This document shows, piece after piece, positions 17,089 through 20,000 of a stretch of 20,000 nt of DNA. Source of the DNA: an uncultured virus (IMG/VR IMGVR_UViG_3300020048_000102) (Duplodnaviria > Heunggongvirae > Uroviricota > Caudoviricetes); IMG/VR virus record IMGVR_UViG_3300020048_000102, one strand, 5' to 3'. The notes under the pieces were generated by a model that was given only the letters and a program-made list of their open reading frames with translations, was not told the origin of the DNA and did not search any database. Both the position numbers and the translations under genes were made by a program. Every line of letters starts with the position of its first letter. Within the stretch, counting starts at the first letter, position 1.

Positions 17089-17325
17089 TTAAAAGAATGG
17101 AATTTTGGTTTTTTTGGTAATTTCCATGTGCTCATCGATGATTTTGTTTAAATTATCGATCTCTTCTCGACTCATGTTCATTATGTCTGAGTATCCGATC
17201 CCACCTCTAAAATGCCATACCAAGTTGTGAGCGTTACATAGTATTTTCATTTTTTCTTTTACCATATCATCAGTGAGTTGAGTAATTTCAACCACACCGA
17301 GAGGTAGGATCGTTAGCCGAAAAAA
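17089..17325 (-). CDS. gp51-like hub/tail assembly chaperone segment, probably expressed as a -1 frameshift extension of the upstream gene
   Basis: Contains RGGIGYSDIMNMSREEI...IIDEHMEITKKTKIPFF. The frame is open from 17325, exactly at the slippery heptamer. The annotated GTG at 17295 has no SD. Confidence 0.65.
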   Translation of the reverse strand, partial: FFRLTILPLGVVEITQLTDDMVKEKMKILCNAHNLVWHFRGGIGYSDIMNMSREEIDNLNKIIDEHMEITKKTKIPFF

Positions 17326-18140
17326 TCAGTAACGTTTAATATCACCTTTTGTGAATACTCATGACTACAGTTAGAACATTTAATATCTAAATCTGGTATT
17401 TCACTGGATTCTCTGATTTTTACGCTATGGTCTTTTATAGCATTACTAGTCTCTCGATCACAATTATTTAAAAAATCTACAATATATTCTTTCTGACTAA
17501 CAGTAGATTCTGGAGTCTGGATATAATCTATGGTCTTGGCAACAATGTTTGTAACAAGGTCATTCAACCGTTTTACAGAATCCGCCATAAGTTTTTGTTT
17601 TTCTTCATTTTCCTCGAAATTTTGCAAATCATATAATATTTTCTGAATTTCGAATTGATTTTGGCCGTTGTTATTTATTTCAGTGTATGTTAATGGTCTA
17701 AACTTGATAGATAATTCATGAATCAATAACGGAACGTTATAGTCAACATTTTTAATTTTTTCTAATAATGGCATAATATTGACTTCGTATTCTGTAGATT
17801 CTCCACACGAAGGACAGACACTCTGAATATCCATTTTTCCATTGCCACTGGCAGCACGAATTGCCACTAAAATGGCATCTAGGTCAACAATATTAATTTT
17901 CCATGGATCATGAATATTAGGCATACAGCTCTTAATTAGTTCTACGATTGCCACGCCATTCATTAATGCGTCAGGTGTTCTAATAGTCATTTCGTCACCG
18001 GATGTCATTGGATATACCGGTAATTCCTGATTTGGTGGAATATCAACTATGCCGGGTTCATAATATTGTCCTCCACTTGGAAGTTTAAAATAAATGCTGG
18101 GTCTGCGAAAATATTGTTTTAATGGATTGTTTTCAATCAT
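17313..18140 (-). CDS. gp26: Baseplate hub assembly chaperone, T4 gp26-like, with two CxxC motifs
   Basis: FKLPSGG...VYPMTSGDE...DLDAILVAIRAAS.G...CPSCG...IKFRPLTY...CSNC, ending DFFG. Preceded by SD GAGGA. Confidence 0.75.
   Translation of the reverse strand: MIENNPLKQYFRRPSIYFKLPSGGQYYEPGIVDIPPNQELPVYPMTSGDEMTIRTPDALMNGVAIVELIKSCMPNIHDPWKINIVDLDAILVAIRAASGNGKMDIQSVCPSCGESTEYEVNIMPLLEKIKNVDYNVPLLIHELSIKFRPLTYTEINNNGQNQFEIQKILYDLQNFEENEEKQKLMADSVKRLNDLVTNIVAKTIDYIQTPESTVSQKEYIVDFLNNCDRETSNAIKDHSVKIRESSEIPDLDIKCSNCSHEYSQKVILNVTDFFG
17319..17325 (-). other. Putative -1 programmed ribosomal frameshift site T TTT TTC
   Basis: X XXY YYZ heptamer in the correct phase (GAT TTT TTC GGC TAA). The -1 frame opens here and continues for 78 codons. 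Confidence 0.7.
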
Positions 18141-18168
18141 AATGTTCCTCGTGAACGATGAATTTTTA

Positions 18169-18210
18169 CACTAAATAGTAAATGAAACAGTGTAATAGTA
18201 CTATTTAGTG
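18169..18210. promoter_or_regulatory. Face-to-face late-promoter-like motifs in a perfect 12-bp inverted repeat
   Basis: CACTAAATAGTA (18169-18180) ... TACTATTTAGTG (18199-18210), between the divergent gp26-like and tape-measure-like genes. Confidence 0.7.
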
Positions 18211-18217
18211 AGACAAA

Positions 18218-20000
18218 ATGGCTGATAATAATTTAGATAGCGATACCGTAAATGAATTAGAAAACATGATTCAGGATTTGCAACGGCAGACTGCCGGCGT
18301 GAGTGTGGTATCTAATAATTTTGTCATATTGGATCACGTTGAAAAACTTGAGCAAAAACGTAGTATTGAAAAAACTAAATCAAAACGTTTACAACAACAG
18401 GCGATAGGATTATTAGGTAATGGATTTGCTAATTTATCATTGAGTTTAACTGACAGTGGGTCGAGTTTCAGGCCTATAACATCGGCTATTAAAACATTGG
18501 GCCGTTCTCTTAACAAGTTCGCATCATCGTTTGGAACAATAGGTAAAATAGTAGGTGATGTTTTCGAAGCAGTAGCGGACGGCGTCAATCATGTAATAGA
18601 AACATTTGAAAAAGTTTATGGAAATTTTGAAAAACTAAGCGATTCTGGTTTGGTCGATCGAGTTGAAACCCTAGTAGACATATCAAATAATACAAGATTA
18701 AAAATTGAGACTCTTGAGTCAGTATTAGTAAAAAATTCTAAAAATTTAACAGTAGTCTCTGGTACAGCATTAAAAGGCGCCCAAGATTTTAAAAAGTTAG
18801 CATCCGTTAATTTATTTAATCGAGAACATTTTTTTAAAATGGGTCTCAGTGTTGAAGAGTTTGCTGATACTCAAGCGGAATATCTTGGCTCGATGGGATT
18901 ATTATTGGCGGATGACAAAAAGAATTTCAGAACAATATCCAGTTATTTTCCTGATTACTTAGAAAATATTGTCAGATTATCTAAAATAACTGGAAAAACC
19001 AGAGCAGAACTAAGACAGCAATTGAGCGATTTAACATTAGATCAACGTTTTAGGGCATGGTCTAAAGGGCGTCGCGCTCAGGAAATCGAAAAAGCAAATG
19101 AGCTTATTACTCTAATGAATACAGTGGGCGGCCCAGATGCCGCCAAAGCAATCAAAGAAACAATTGCGGCAGACGGCGCATATGCCATGAATTCAGAAGA
19201 GTTTAAAAAATACTACATAACATACAAATTAGGAAACTCTAATTTAATAGATAACGTACAACGCGTGATGAGAGGTCAGATGTCGACCATAGAATTCGCC
19301 GAGCAAAATCAACAAGTGATGCAAAATTTTAGTGACAGGGTGCAACCTACCGTAAAAACAATTGGTGATATATCTTCCACTGTGAAATTTTATGATGCTC
19401 AGAATCAGTCTGCTTTTAAACTACGAGAATTAACTCAATCAGTGGTGTTAAGTGAAGAGGAAAGATTAAAGTTAGAAGAACAGAAGAAAAAAGAAGCTGA
19501 TCTTGCAATTACAAGAATTAAAATGAGCGATTTTGGCACAGGTGTACAACAATTAAGTCTTAGTGCGACTGGCGTTATGAAAGCATTCAAGTCAATAACT
19601 AATAACATTGATAAAATTGTAGGTTTAGCATATGATTTTGCCGGCAAACCTTTGCCTGAAAATATCAAAGAGTTACGAAAGCATAGTAAAATGTTAGATG
19701 ATGTAGTTAACTTGGAAGATGAAACTAAAAAATTAGACGAACAAGAACGATCTTTACTTAAAGATATCGAAAAAGTAACTAAAGATAGCACCATAAGTCA
19801 AGGGGAAAAATCTTATACACTAAACATTCTAAAAGAAAAACAAAAATCAATCAACGATACCATAAATGGTAATAGAACAAAAATAGAAAAATTAAATTTA
19901 GAAATAAATCGAATTCAAAGTTCTTCGATTTTGGGCGGCAGCGCTATTAGTTCAGGAACCATAACATCTACTGGTACTACTGGAACCTCTGGCGGCACCA
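18218..20000 (+). CDS. Tape-measure-like tail protein (partial; runs off the right edge)
   Basis: Not in the ORF track because it has no stop inside the window. ATG 18218 gives MADNNLDSDTVNELENMIQDLQRQTAG...AIGLLGNGFANLSLSLTDSGSSFRPITSAIKTLG. It has helical/coiled-coil character, the frame is still open at the edge (GTSGGT), and it lies next to the assembly chaperone genes. Confidence 0.65.
   Translation, partial: MADNNLDSDTVNELENMIQDLQRQTAGVSVVSNNFVILDHVEKLEQKRSIEKTKSKRLQQQAIGLLGNGFANLSLSLTDSGSSFRPITSAIKTLGRSLNKFASSFGTIGKIVGDVFEAVADGVNHVIETFEKVYGNFEKLSDSGLVDRVETLVDISNNTRLKIETLESVLVKNSKNLTVVSGTALKGAQDFKKLASVNLFNREHFFKMGLSVEEFADTQAEYLGSMGLLLADDKKNFRTISSYFPDYLENIVRLSKITGKTRAELRQQLSDLTLDQRFRAWSKGRRAQEIEKANELITLMNTVGGPDAAKAIKETIAADGAYAMNSEEFKKYYITYKLGNSNLIDNVQRVMRGQMSTIEFAEQNQQVMQNFSDRVQPTVKTIGDISSTVKFYDAQNQSAFKLRELTQSVVLSEEERLKLEEQKKKEADLAITRIKMSDFGTGVQQLSLSATGVMKAFKSITNNIDKIVGLAYDFAGKPLPENIKELRKHSKMLDDVVNLEDETKKLDEQERSLLKDIEKVTKDSTISQGEKSYTLNILKEKQKSINDTINGNRTKIEKLNLEINRIQSSSILGGSAISSGTITSTGTTGTSGGT

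Noticed and set aside
13068..19794. ORFs 13068-13331, 15830-16072, 18334-18588 and 19435-19794
   Set aside because: Shadows overlapping gp47, the resolvase and the tape-measure-like gene.
1..20000. Stop-codon reassignment (none of the accepted genes ends in TAG)
   Set aside because: All genes are full length under the standard code with no in-frame TAG or TGA interruptions, so there is no positive evidence of recoding.

Overview
This window comes from a large AT-rich myovirus with T4-like gene families. A minus-strand baseplate operon runs from 11516 to the left edge: tube-initiator-like, gp53/LysM-like, hub-like, gp5/VgrG-like spike, gp25, a 47-aa peptide, an inserted GIY-YIG homing endonuclease and a partial gp6-like wedge. 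A divergent plus-strand operon encodes a gp55-like late sigma factor, gp47/Mre11, gp46/Rad50, an Hjc-type resolvase and a small basic ORF. About 600 bp of heavily structured non-coding DNA follows, then a convergent gp26-like/gp51-like chaperone pair and the start of a tape-measure-like gene. The main findings are: (1) a probable -1 programmed frameshift (T TTT TTC) fusing the gp26-like and gp51-like ORFs; (2) a multi-junction candidate ncRNA at about 16539-16866, next to a cluster of DNA-type hairpins with a GCGAAGC mini-hairpin; (3) matched internal duplications in both coiled-coil arms of gp46; (4) a homing endonuclease bracketed by GATAAATA late-promoter copies, with a structured leader; (5) an unannotated peptide with a capsid-targeting-like N-terminus. 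All family assignments come from motif recognition by eye; no searches were run.
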